Assembly: GCF_037042905.1 (NCBI RefSeq)
Contig: NC_087251.1
Location: 16,494,001-16,554,000 of the forward strand
From: Lytechinus pictus
Taxonomy: Eukaryota
DNA length: 60,000 nucleotides
Direction: 5' to 3'
Position 1 is the first letter of the stretch. The number at the start of each line of letters is the position of its first letter. Both the position numbers and the translations under genes were made by a program. A model generated the notes under the pieces. The model saw only the letters and a program-made list of their open reading frames with translations. It ran no database searches and had not been told where the DNA came from. This document shows positions 12,542 to 26,830 of this stretch, one piece after another.

Positions 12542-13798
12542 TGACAGGCAGGTCAGAGGGCAAAGATCAAGAAACTGAAATAATGTGTGACCAATTCATC
12601 ATTTTCTTCAAGCACGATAGAGTAACACAATGCTTGACTCTTTCCCTATGTGCAATTAGTGTATTCATGTTCTTCATGCACAAAAGAGACTGTTTAGCCC
12701 TATCCATGTGTAGAAATTCATCTTTCAAGATAATATTTTTGCTGAAGGTAGTGGTATTTTTCCTGATAAGTTGTTTGTTTTGTTGCTTATACTTTATTAC
12801 AATGATTACTTCACTGTATTCACAAATGATGAAGAAGAAACTAATAATTAGACAAAAATGTCTATAACTTCACCAAATTTCAAAGTCTGTACAGTTTACC
12901 TTGATTCCTTAGATATTGTATCATCATGGTACTATCAAAATTAGATTCAATCACATGGCTCCAACTCAAAAGCTAAACTTTAAAACCAATATATCCCAAA
13001 ATTTATCCTTCCTCCTGAAACACTCTTGTGAAGTTACTTAATGGTGACAATAGCTTGGTCTGTTTTCCTCTCTGTTTAATTCTAGAAAAATTATATTTTC
13101 GGCAATGGACAATTTTCCTCCAAATGCCCTGAGTAGCACTTGTAAGTTGAAAAATAGCTTGTGTAACTTTATATAGGATTCAATACAAAAATATAATTTG
13201 ATGCGAACTGGGAAAAAAAAATCATGGGTCTAGGGGCGAATTTGCCCCTGAAATTCCAATAGGGTCTAGTTTTTGTCATACAATGTAGGAAATTTGGGCT
13301 GGTAAGCTCTATAAGTAACCCTGGAAAAAAATATGTATTTGTCCCTGATATGAACAAAAGTAGATAAATAGCCTCCAGTCTTTGTAATGAATTGATTGGT
13401 TAGGAAGTATTATATCACACTATTAAAGTATTGGTCAAAACTGCATCATGTGACGCGGCGCTATTCCGTTTGTCATCGTCTCAGGGGTTTGGCTTACTGT
13501 CAATTCTGTCAAACCCTCTGATAGTACTCCCAACCCCTGAGGTAGGGGCCACAAGTTGTGTTGCTACGCGTGCATTTAGTGGCTTGAGCTAATTGGCTGC
13601 TTTGCTGCGCTGCGGCAGCTCGGTCATGTACGCCCTGCCAACGATGCACTGGCCAACTGGAACTATTGGTTGCCCAGCAGCAGTGTAGCTCGTTTAAATT
13701 ACAAAGTGATTTTAGCAAATCAAATTGAGATTATAGTCACATTAGTGGTCCTAAAATTTAATCCATTTGGGGCTAGAGGTATGTGATTAGCAATGAAG

Positions 13799-13958
13799 TA
13801 TAATATGGACTGCTCTGTATTCAGATATGACAGTGGAAATCATCACTCCCTCGGTGCTTTTCATACCGGCCCCCTTCTATCATTGAAGGGTAGGTATGAA
13901 AAGCACCTCAAGAATGATAATTTTCAGTCATCCTCATGCGCAGTCAATATTTGTATAA
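13799..13958. mobile_element. Short palindromic element (possibly Crypton-like non-autonomous)
   Basis: Perfect stem GGTGCTTTTCATACC (13853-13867) / GGTATGAAAAGCACC (13893-13907); outer AATATGGACTG ... CAGTCAATATTTGTATAA. Confidence 0.5.
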
Positions 13959-16853
13959 TATGATATCAAAGGATTAGTTCTGTTGAAAATTTTATCTGAT
14001 TAGTAATTATCTAGTTATGTATCTTTAAGATATGAGGTTAGTCAAATCCATTTGTGTATTTTTAAATTAGCAATTAGGAATGGATTATGATAATTATGGT
14101 AATATTAATAATGATGATGACAATCAGATATTAATAAAAATTAAAGCATGATGATATTTATGACAATATTGATGATAGTAATCATAATTAAAAAAGAGTA
14201 ATGATGATGACAATATGCCACTTATGGTTATTCTATTTATAAAGTTCTATTCTAACTGGACTCTATTTGAAGTAGCGCCACCTTTTTTATGAAGGTGTTG
14301 ATGGAGCTTGGAGAAACAACCGATATTACTGTAAAAAAATATAGGAAACATTTTTCACCAGTTTGAAATTAAGGCTTTGTTTTTGGCAACGAGAAGCCCA
14401 GTACATACTTATGTGCTTGCTGAGTTACCCCCAATATTCCCTGGTGTTTTGATGAAAAGGCACTTTATAACCACTATACATCAAAGACTGACATGTGATA
14501 ACATATGCATTCAAATGCTTGCTAATAATAAGAATTTAATCTAAAAAGATATTTAAAATCTAGTTGATGTGACTGATTGAGAATCTGATTTAGCACAAGA
14601 ACATGTTTCATTTGTAAAGTCATCCATAGCTTTATGTGCGGCTTTTTGACACATTCCCTATATCAACTTGTTGCATGGATATTTGTTTATTGGATCATTA
14701 TTCATTTATCACACAGTTATGCTTGTGTCATATTTTAATGAATATATGCCAATGTGCTGTAAAACAGTTTTGGCCTCAGAGGGAATGTGCTATATCAAAA
14801 TAGGTTATTATTATTGAAATCATCATTATTGGGAAAGGTGCTTGATAACATTCTGGGCCCATTATAGAAAGATTTGGAATCAAATGAAACTAAAAAGAAT
14901 TAATTCAAATCCAAAATGCTCACTTCTTATTGGTTGAAAATAAAATTGTTTGATTGTAACCTTTTTCAACTCTCATTGGAATATCACCTTTCATTGGAAG
15001 AGGTAATAAAAAACAGAACTTTCTTTGTTGTCATGGTAATTGACTTCAGTTGCTATCATAGCAACTTTTTATGAAACGGGACCCTGGGTTGTACAGTGAC
15101 AAACAGGAGCAAGTGATATATCAGCAAAATTTATTTTTTAATGATTAATTTGCTTTCTTCTGGGCCAAATTTTATGCACGAGCGCTCATTCTGCAAAGAG
15201 ATATATCAGACAAGGCATGACATTGCATTGATGTCAGTATATTAGCAATAGGTACATTGGACCTTCTGAAGGAAATTTCATTTAGAAATATCATTTGCAT
15301 CCTTCTACCAATATAGGTCAGAATGGAGTAATACAAAATTGGGTATCAGGTTTGTGGACTCTTGACAGTCATGAGCAATATTTGTATGTAAACAGGCATT
15401 GTTTTTTTTTTTGTCAATTATTGGTAGCAAAATATATTTAACATTCCAAATAATGTGCCTTGTTATTTATGACATTGATTGAAATTTTAGCTGCATTTAG
15501 ATGTAAAGCAATATTTGTGCATGTACTGATATGTAATTATGCATCTGTATGCTCTGTGCATGCCCTTGTAGATACTAGTACATTATATATATTATTATTA
15601 TTATTATAGAAAAGCTGATTTCCTATGTATAAAAGTATATAAGAACTGTCTATTTCCTAAAAAATATCTTGATTTTTATAAAAGATGTTAATAATGTATT
15701 TTTTAATCTTGTGTCATGTGGGCATTGGTATTAAAACCAAAAAAATGAAAAAAGGATGGTTTCTTGAATGCAAATTATATGATTGCATGCAACTGCTTTG
15801 ATTAATATTATCCTAAGTTGAATGATATGATGAGTATCTTGAACACTACTGCATGAATTCCTTTCTTTTGGATGGTCTTTAAAAAGATCCATATGCCATA
15901 TGTTATTACTTTTTTGTCACGAGGGTTAAAACTAAAGCATGATTTAATCATGTAATTACTCTCATTTCTGTTTTTTCTATACCAGGTGTCTCAGAAACAA
16001 GTTTAACAGTGGATTTTGAGTACTTTGCATTCAAAATGTTTAATTTTTGTTTGCATTGATGTTTAGCTTCTTCGAACGAAGAGAGTCCTAACAAGATCAT
16101 TGAGTTTGATGAAGTGATTTCAGATCTATGCATTTTTCCTATAACTTATTTTTTTCATGTTTCACATACTAAAGCAAAATAATTGTATCGAGTCAGAAAT
16201 TGTTGTTATACAGATCAGGAAGCCTTGAAATAGTAATTCTCAACATAATATTTAGGATACTTTGTTTGAAAATTAAAACTCATAATATTACAAACAAAAA
16301 ATGTTGTAGGCAAAGTATTTAAAACCCATCATTCTGTTTATCCTGGGACACCAAGTTTACCAGTAATTCACATTTTGTTTGATTAATGTTTTATTTTACT
16401 TGGTAACTTTTGTAGATGAAGACAAATATATTGATATTTTTAAATAGAGAGATATTGCATAAGTAAATCCATATAATTATAAAATCAAATAAAGCTAGTC
16501 TTATACACTGTACTGTTGTATTTGTTTATTTAGGCTATTAATTCTAGTCATCAATTATTTATTCATGTTTTAATCAATTTCTTTTCATCAACACAAATGG
16601 CATTGATTTACAAATCATTATTTTGGGGTCAAGCACAAATGGAGATTAGTCTCTAAATCTGTAGTGGGAAGCATTCAAAGGTGTCTAGAAGAATTTTTAG
16701 AATTCCAGCCAAAAAAAAAAATTGTTTTAAACGAAAAGGAAAATTAGAGAAGCGGAAACTTGAACAAAATAGTACATATGATAAATAAGTTATGAATGTT
16801 CAAAAGTACTAATCACCATACAAATGCAGACTTTGATTGGTGATTGGTGGGGA

Positions 16854-17051
16854 TTTTTTTACCTGATTGCTAAGAAAGCATGAATGCTTGTAAGCAAGCA
16901 ACCAGAGGACCGACGGCTTAAGGTCCTCTCCGAAGGACCTGGTAATGAGGATTAATGCCTTACCAAAGGGCACTAGCGCACCAAGTGGGAATCGAACCCG
17001 GGTCACCTGAATATGTATCCCCTGCTCTACCGACTGAGCTATCGCGCCTCC
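16854..17051 (-). mobile_element. tRNA-derived SINE
   Basis: Minus strand: GGAGGCGCGA, A box TAGCTCAGTCGG, B box GGTTCGATTCC, ~120-nt non-tRNA body, short A tail. Confidence 0.85.
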
Positions 17052-17219
17052 ACTAGATCTCAAATGTTCTGCAATGTAGGATAGGGACTACCTACCTCTA
17101 TCTCATAACTTTTACTCAGAATATTTACTTATTTCAGGTCAGTGAACAACCATGCTGTCAATGAGCCACAAATTCCTGATATTTTAATACATTTCAAATG
17201 GAATTTTAGTAGTCCTGAT

Positions 17220-18604
17220 CACTTATCATAATGTACTTGCCGAATTGAGGTTTACATATTTTTCAAATTGATTTTGTGCCCAATTTCTTTCAAAATTTCA
17301 GTATTCTAGTCTTTTTTTTCTCCCTTTGCAAAAATAATTTAGTTGCTTTGCCAAAGAGATAGTAACACACAAAAATATCAGTTCACGATTAAGCATTTCC
17401 TTTATTTCTTTGTCTAGTGCGTTTCATTTTTTATGTCCATCATGAGGCTGGTATGCTTCCATCGGAGTACTGCATTATTATTAAAACACAAAGCAAATAA
17501 ACATGTGTTATATCAAAATTTACTAAATCATTTAAATTTACAAAAATAATACAACATAAAGGAATGTAGAATAGAAAGTTGTACTGTAACCAAGAAAAAA
17601 TGGATAAAGACTTAAATAGTGGAACTGTGTAAAGGCAAAAAAAAACTCAACTAAATACAAGAAAAACATTTTGATTTAAACACTTATCATAATGTACTTG
17701 CCGAATTGAGGTTTACATATTTTTCAAATTGATTTTTTGCCCAATTTCTTTCAAAATTTCAGTATTCTAGTCTTTTTTTTCTCCCTTTGCAAAAATAATT
17801 TAGTTGCTTAGTTTGGATTTCCCGCTTAAGTTTTTGAAATAAATTCCCCAAGCAGTTGCCAACCACCTTCCCTCCCTCACTCGCTTTCTCTCGATGCACT
17901 ACTGGCTCTCAAAATAAACAAAAGATTTTGAAATTTTCATATCTTGTGGATCTAAACGATTGATATTTATTAAGTGTTCATTTTTTCAATAAGAATAAAG
18001 TTTTTCATTATGTACACATTATTTACACATGCTTGATACGAAGTTGTTACTTACTGGAATGCACACTGATGAAGATACACCCAAGTTTTAAATTATATTC
18101 TACATTTTTACAATGCAATATGTCTACTTATTCTGTTTTATATATATCTAAACATATTTCTATTTATATATATATGCGTGACAATTAATAATTGACTAAA
18201 CTAAATTTTAGAACAATCATTCATCCAATGCAGGCCAATCTAAGAATTAATTGAGTGCAATAACCAAAGTTGCCAAAGAGATAGTAACACACAAAAATAT
18301 CAGTTCACGATTAAGCATTTCCTTTATTTCTTTGTCTAGTGCGTTTCATTTTTTATGTCCATCATGAGGCTGGTATGCTTCCATCGGAGTACTGCATTAT
18401 TATTAAAACACAAAGCAAATAAACATGTGTTATATCAAAATTTACTAAATCATTTAAATTTACAAAAATAATACAACATAAAGGAATGTAGAATAGAAAG
18501 TTGTACTGTAACCAAGAAAAAATGGATAAAGACTTAAATAGTGGAACTGTGTAAAGGCAAAAAAAAACTCAACTAAATACAAGAAAAACATTTTGATTTA
18601 AACA
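17220..18604. repeat. Near-identical local duplication, A-B-A-C-B
   Basis: 17220-17348 = 17681-17809; 17348-17682 = 18270-18604. Confidence 0.92.
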
Positions 18605-19865
18605 AATTTCTTTACGTATGGATTGATATTCATCATACAAACAAAGATGTTTAAACTAATGTGGATAAACGGGGACAAAGTTAACTATATTTACATTGTA
18701 AATTTTGGAGAACTTGATCCAAAGAATATAACAACTGATTTAAAAGATAATTGATGTGAAATTTTTGTAATTTTTACCCTAAATCACAAGATCTACACTG
18801 ATTATAATAACATTTCACTTGAAGGGAGAGAAAACAAGAAAAACAAGGAAATGACATGAATAAAGTTTGCCAATTATCTTACTTGAATAAAGTAAGATAA
18901 ATAGCAATTTAAAATTTGATTTGAGTCTTTCGAAAGTCCGGGGCCCCACAAGAACCATACATTCCAGAAAGGACATACATAATATATGGACTGCTGATAC
19001 ATTGTGCCTAAACAAATTGTTTTATAATCAATGAAATATGTATAACTTCTATTAAAAGCAAGACTATTAGATTATACCAATCTTAGTTTAATCCAAGGAC
19101 TACTTTCTCGGGAAGCAAAACCCTACACCATTCAATATTCAAATTGAAAGCTATGAAAATATAATATAACACTTTTCATTCAAACTTCACACTTGTGACC
19201 TCAAACACACACACAGCATTCAAAATGGCCTCAAATAAGACATATCTCTCTCACAAGAAGAATAATTTAAACATGCAAAGCTCATTATGCCATTATGCTA
19301 AACACCCAACACATACTTTGTGCAGATATCAAAAAGTCTCGCTCAAAAAGGAAAATGTATGACAAGACCTTCATGTCTTTCTATTCATTTTAAAATCCTT
19401 TGAAAGAATAAAAATGCTTATATATTTTTTAAAAATATGCTCATAGACCAAGCTCTAATTTTCTAATTTTTTTTTTACCTTTTTCACTTCACTTTTCTTT
19501 GAACCTAATGAAACTTTTAAAAAAATCAATCAATATTAGATAAAAGGATAAAATGCATGTTTATTGGGTAAAATGAAACTTAACGCTCGGCAATCTCTTC
19601 CTGATGTTGCTTAAGAATTGCCGATACTCCAATAGAAATATATTTTACACATTATGGGACAAAATTTTACCCTACAAATATGCATGCTCCCTTTTATCCC
19701 AAAAGTTGACCAAATGTTTTACTCAAAATTTTTTTTTATAGATTTTAAACATGATTACATGTGTCAGACTCATTTATAAAGACACTTATGTTTGAAATAA
19801 TATCTCCCAACACAGTAAAATTAACAAGTTAACAACACATGAAGCAAAATCTTATTGCACATTAA

Positions 19866-20451
19866 AGGAGAATGAAACCCTTGAAACCAGCTGAATCCAT
19901 ATCAAAGAGAAAAATCAAAGAAACATATCGTTGAAAGTTTGAGGAAGATTGAATGAATAATAAGAAAGTTATGAGCATTTGAATATTGAGATCACTAATG
20001 CCATGTAAATCTTCCCATTGGCAATGCGACCAAGATCTGTGATGTCACACACGTACAACTCCCTCATTACTTTAGTACTTATTTCACTTATATTCTCACT
20101 TTTATAGAGTCTATCACAAGGTGAGGTGTTCTCTTTATAGGAGAGGACAAGTACAGAGGTTTCACAACATTATATCATTGATGAATCGTTTGTCATATGA
20201 TTAGAATGAGCAAAAAGAGATGTTTTGGGGTATATTTTCAGTGTCCAAATGGGGAGAGTTGTTCATCTGTGACATCATAGATCTTGGTCGCATTGCCAAT
20301 GGGAGGATCTCCATAGCATTAGTGATCTCGACATTCAAATGCTCATAACTCTTCTATTGCTAGTCCTATTTTACTCAAACTTTTGTTGATCTTATTCTTT
20401 GATTTTTCTGCTTTCACAAAAGCTAACTTGCTCCAAGAGTTTCATTCTCCT
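19866..20451. mobile_element. Kolobok-like palindromic MITE
   Basis: TTAA|AGGAGAATGAAAC ... GTTTCATTCTCCT|TTAA; long imperfect inverted arms including CCCATTGGCAATGCGACCAAGATCT. Confidence 0.85.
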
Positions 20452-21601
20452 TTAAATTTGTTTTTGCAAAGTTAGAATTACAGCAACTGACATCAGAATA
20501 TCAAATCCATATGGTACATAACCAGAGAAAATGACATCCTGTGAGATAAGTCAGTTTTTGCTTTAATAGCATTTATGATATGTATCATTTTATCATATAA
20601 ATGACATTTGCTCAGTGCTACTGCCATTTTGAAATCACTTTTATGGTTTCAACATTGTTGGACATTATTCCATCTTCAGTTCTAAAAAAATTACTGTCAA
20701 ACTTGTTCTTGTTTCCCTTGCATGGTCTATATAGACAAGTTTCATTGCAATTGCAATTTTGCATACTCTTAAAGAAATGTACACAAAAGCAATTTCATAA
20801 AGGTGTTCAAAAGTTACAAATAAAGCTCTCATTCATTTTTAAATGCATTGCTTAAGTAATGCAGATGAAGACATTCTTACTGTGAACAAACCGTACAAGA
20901 AAAATATTTGCCCAAGTTTAGATGTAATTATACAGCAAAACTTTGGTCAAATATTGCACACCATATTCCAGTTTTTAATGAACTTATGCATAACTTTATT
21001 AACAATTTTATGAAACTGGCCCTGCACAATTGAATACTACATGATCTCCATATGCATTGTACTCATATTAAACCGTAATCCTAAATCCAATCACAAGCTT
21101 TGATTGTTATGTCTTTGCCAAATAAACAGATCGAGGAAATATCTCTAGAATAGGATGGATTGTGTTGGCACAAATGACCTTGAACGGTATTCACAGGTTT
21201 TCTAAAACATGGGAATGTTCAACTCCATGCATTTTAACAGGTTGCCTACAAGCACAATCTCACAAGTATTTAGGAATAGTACATCATATCGAAAATTCAA
21301 CCTGCAAAGGCTGTCCCTGTGGTGCAAATATGTACACGGATTGGATAAATAATTGCATAATGTTTGTGACCACAGATCAGGTTTTTATCTCTGTAGGATT
21401 TACTATTTTGGTACAAACATTTGCATATATACAGGTATCTGCCCATTTACAGGTTGTACCGTCAAACCAGCTTAATACTGCAGAGTTATGCTGACAGATC
21501 AAAAGTATTCTTATTAAGTATGATTATACATGTATGCTGTAAGGAGAGGGACACATTTTTTTACATATTCCACATCATCTATATGAAGGATCAGTAAATT
21601 T

Positions 21602-21922
21602 CCAATTCGTCTATTGCCAACTTGTCCAATCCTCACATAGTCTACCTTATTTAGTCTAATGCCATTCCGTCCATCAACATTTCATCTAACAACCATTTGG
21701 ACCAATAATTACTTTGTCTATGACCACTTTGTTTCATAACCAGTTGGTCTAATACCCATTTTCTTTTCATTCATTTTGCCAATTAACACTTAGTCCAATT
21801 AGACCAAATGGTATATGGACCAACTGGTTATTAGAAGAAATAGCAATTAGACCCTGTGGATAGAGGACGAACTGATGGTAGACCAAATGATAGTAGACGA
21901 GATGGTAATTAGACGAATTGGC
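21602..21922. mobile_element. Small foldback/MITE of degenerate ~15-bp units
   Basis: Ends CCAATTCGTCTA ... TAGACGAATTGG; units switch orientation mid-element. Confidence 0.7.
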
Positions 21923-22938
21923 ATTAGACCAATTGAAAATAACCGAAGGATCTACTAATGTCACTTTAATTATGTATAGGTTAAAATGCAAGTGCACCGT
22001 GTGCACCTGCATACACCATGCCAGCTTTTAACCACCAGGGACAATTGACCATATTTTGTGATTTGGTCCAATAACTTTTGATGCACAACTCTAAAAATGA
22101 TGCAAACTACATCAAAAGAAAAATATATATATATATTGACATACTGCAACCATTTTCAATGCATCAGTATCTTTCAGTAAATGGAACAAAAAATGAATAT
22201 ATCACTATATTCACTAAATTGGCGATGTAATTTAAACTTCTTAATCACTGTTTATACATGCAAATTAGCAAATTTGCATACAAACAATCTCTACTTAAGT
22301 GAATACAGCATTAAACAACTGAATACTTCATTCTGAATGAAGATGACTATTAAAATCCACATGCAACACATTTTTTATCGATTAATACAATTAAGAAGTA
22401 TATTCTCAGTACTTCATTTGCAAACTCCCCAGTATATCCTACTCATTCTATAACATTCAAGCACTTTTAAAAGGGAAGACTCAAATATCGGTTAGCCTAG
22501 TTTAAGCCAGTCTGAGGTAGGATCCAAGATAAAGTACATTTAGGCAGTCCTAGTTGATTGCTTATGATCAGACACTGTGATCAAATTTTAAAGAATATTT
22601 CCATGCATATATCCTCATAATCGAGATCACTAAGATAAGTGAAGAAAAGAGTGGAAATTTTCATTTGTTAGATAGATCCTATTTAACCATAGCAAAAAAC
22701 ATTTATTAGCCACACCTTCCCAAAGTGCACATTCATGATTTGATCTTTTTAAGTGATCAGCTAAATCAATTGCAAGTTTACCAAGAAAATAATCACAATT
22801 CTCTCAAGAAACTGCATAAAACACCTTTGTACTTCCACCATGGACTCCAAGCTCAATACTCAACCTAACCCTCATCCATGTCTCAGAGCTTATTCTGATA
22901 TGAAGTGCAGAGCTCCTACTGTAGAGTAAGACCATGGA

Positions 22939-23101
22939 CTAGAATGGTTTTTCAATGCAGTGTATGTAGTATGCCGGGTGGGCAACTTCACTGGGTTTCT
23001 TAAAGTCGGCAAGAAGTTCATGTTTGCACTCGGCACCAAAGGCTTCCTTGAGGAGCTCCGTGAATGCATTCAGCCGGTGTGGGTAATAAGACAGACGGAA
23101 C
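22939..23101 (-). CDS. GNMT: Glycine N-methyltransferase, exon 5 (terminal)
   Basis: FRLSYYPHRLNAFTELLKEAFG...ADFK...PAYYIHCIEKPF*; CAG acceptor. Confidence 0.95.
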
Positions 23102-23670
23102 CTGAAGGGAATACAAGAGTGAAATATCAACATTATATCATGGATACATCAACGAGCCTACTGCAGTGAACAATGTAAACAGGGTCAAACAGTGATGTGC
23201 TCCCAAATAAAAATCCATGCAGGTTTAATATCATGTTTGATAAATAGTGTAGTTTTGTACGATCATAAATAATTGAAAAAACACCCAACTCGTACAGATA
23301 TCATCTTAATGTTTCCATTTTCTGACAAAGGAGGCACCTATATGTATTGACATTTTATGTACAGAACAGGCTGAAGCAAACATATGGGAATTCTCCACAA
23401 AAATGTTGCATTTGGAACTAAAATTTGCACTTTGAGGTCTGCCAATAGTTGAAGACTGCATCCTTTCACAATTTTATTATTCAGTGAACTACATACGTTG
23501 CAAATTGTGATTAGAATGGAGACAAGTTAGTAAAATTAGCCTTTTAATATCATGACTAAAAAAATTATAATCCAGGGCTTTTTAAAAACATTAATTTCAA
23601 TAGTTTATAACCCTTGGGATAAAATGTATTGTACATCAAAATTGGCTCAACAAGAGTCCATGTGACTTAC

Positions 23671-23840
23671 TTCATAATGGGTTGGACAGGCTCAAACTCC
23701 AGTTTCTTCTTTGAAAGTTGTCCTTTCTTCTTGATATCCTCTTTAGCAACGTTGATGTCGATGAAGTAATCCAGGGTAACCATGGAAGGTCTACCATTGA
23801 CGTAGAGGGTAGAAGTCTGGATGTCCTTGATACAATTACC
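23671..23840 (-). CDS. GNMT: Glycine N-methyltransferase, exon 4
   Basis: GNCIKDIQTSTLYVNGRPSMVTLDYFID...; TAG acceptor and GTAAGT donor, phases consistent. Confidence 0.93.
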
Positions 23841-24319
23841 CTAACACAAGATAAAGAGAAGAGACATTGAATGGAAGGCTAGCCTTATATCCGTAGTATA
23901 GACCAATACAGACTAAAGCAGACAAAAATCAAGATGAGACCTTGGTGGGATTTCTAAATGATTTAAATGTGACTTAAAACTGCTCTTAGTCAGGCAGCAT
24001 ACGTCATCTACTTCGACAAATATGCCAAGTTTGATATTTCACTTTCATAAGTACGGTGACATCACAAGGAGAACAATTTTCAACTTGGTGTCAAATTTCT
24101 AATGGTCATCTTGGCCATGATTTGAATTGGACACATGAGGAACTTAAACTGCTTCTCTAAACATGTTTGAGTCTTGTGAATCCCTTATTGTGGGTTGAAA
24201 CTATCCCACATATATGTATATTGATATTAATACAAATAAACAAATGATTAACCAATCTGAGATCTAATCCTTCATACAAGAAAACATACAAATCATGAGG
24301 ATGTTAACACTGAACTCAC

Positions 24320-24573
24320 ATGATAATAGATATTGTGGACAGGGGCACGGCCAGTATCCAAGATGGCATCATAATTCCTGTGGTCAATAATCATCATCCC
24401 ACCGGGACGAAGGAAATCTGCAAAATTCTTGAGGGCCAAGCGCTGGTTGGACAGATTTCCCTCAAAGTCTGGCAGGTTGGCAAAGGAGTTTCCCAGACAG
24501 ATAACAGCATCAAACTTGCCTTCTTGCGATGGCAGATCATCTGGAAGGGTCAACCAATTGGCTACCTCAATTT
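24320..24573 (-). CDS. GNMT: Glycine N-methyltransferase, exon 3
   Basis: IEVANWLTL...[16 protein letters not shown]...RPGG...DHRNYD...NIYY; CAG and GTGAGT boundaries. Confidence 0.95.
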
Positions 24574-24818
24574 CTGTTGGTGGATTAGATTGAACAGTGA
24601 ATAATTACGATGAAACTTATTGTATTCAAATCAAAGTTTAGTAGTAACAATGGTAAGCAATAACTTTTAGAAAGTCTTTTTAAAATCAAGGAATATCGTA
24701 ATGTTAAATTCACAATTTGTTACTATTATTTTACTACTATGTGTATTATAAGCATTATTGTTAAGGACTTATCATTATTTTAATTCAACATAACATCATC
24801 ATTAGTAGGGGAGACCGG

Positions 24819-25614
<796 letters not shown>

Positions 25615-26194
25615 GAGACCGGGGTTAGTTGGAACATGGGGTAAGTTGAAACATTGTAATTTTCTTTAACGTCTTTTAAATTTTAAAATTTCTGCAATAC
25701 TGCCCTCAATTTATTGTCATTAACAATAGCCATCCACCATGTTACAGACAACACATGTGCAACAAGCCTGGTGAAGTTAGAAAGGAATTTTTGTTTTTTG
25801 ACCTTCTGAGTAATGTTTTTCTCTTTCAGAAATGATTGATTATCTCAGAAAAGTTTATAGATCAAGTTGGCCAGTTTGGGGGTATAATCTAGACACTTAT
25901 ACCAAGCTACAAAATGAGGTTATTAATATGCCATGGTGAAGTCCCTTTTTTGTGCTGTAAGCTTATAAACGTCAAATGGGCCTCCGGGGTTAGTTGGAAC
26001 AAAATTGAAGGGGCTAGTTGGAACATGTTCCAACTTACCCCAAACATAATTATGAATAAAAACAATGGATATGAGAAAAAAATATATAAAGTATTTCACA
26101 CTCTTCTGAACATGTATTGTATACCATGCTTGTTTTGTTTATCAGTTAGGTCTGAGTGTGCATTTAAGGCCTTTTGTAGGCCCCTAATGCAATA

Positions 26195-26830
26195 TTAACC
26201 CTTATCAAACTGGGGGGGGGGGTCAATTTGACCCCCCCCTTGAGAAATTTCGTCACTATGCCGTCGCGCGAAATTTTTTGACTACACTGCTCGCTGACTT
26301 TTTACTCTCAAGTCTTGCGCATCATTTGAGACCAAATTTGCGATGCCTGTGTGCGCGGTTTCGAAATTACGCAACATTTTGTACGTGCAAGTTTGGACCC
26401 AATATTGCTAAAAAACGTGATTCCATGTACAAGGTCAATTCAAATTGTGTTTTTCAACCAAAAGTCATAAATGTATGATTATTTTTTACTTTTGTTGGTT
26501 CAAATAGATTTATTTTATGCTATTTATGACCGCAAAAGAGTCCCGACAAAGTTCATCGGAAAAAACAAAGGTTCGAAAAAACAAAAATTAAAATTAAAAA
26601 AACAAAAAATACATATATTTTATTTTTTGCAATTTTTGGTGGATATTTGTAATAAATGTGAAAATTGATACTCTCACCAAAAATTAGCATTCTTCTAGCT
26701 TAATAAATAGAGGTAAAGGCAAAAACATACAAAACACAACAAATTTAGGGCAAATTTCATATGCTCATTTGCATAATTAATTAATGAAAAAAATATAAAC
26801 AATTTATTTTTGTCTTATAAATTTGATGCA
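26195..26830 (+). mobile_element. Truncated piggyBac-like MITE related to 52772-53528
   Basis: TTAA|CCCT start; shared body GCTCGCTGACTTTTTACT..AAGTCTTGCGC..TTTGAGACCAAATTTG; right end missing. Confidence 0.65.

Noticed and set aside
16975..17051. Functional tRNA gene
   Set aside because: A and B boxes are present but acceptor and anticodon stems pair poorly and it runs into a SINE body with an A tail
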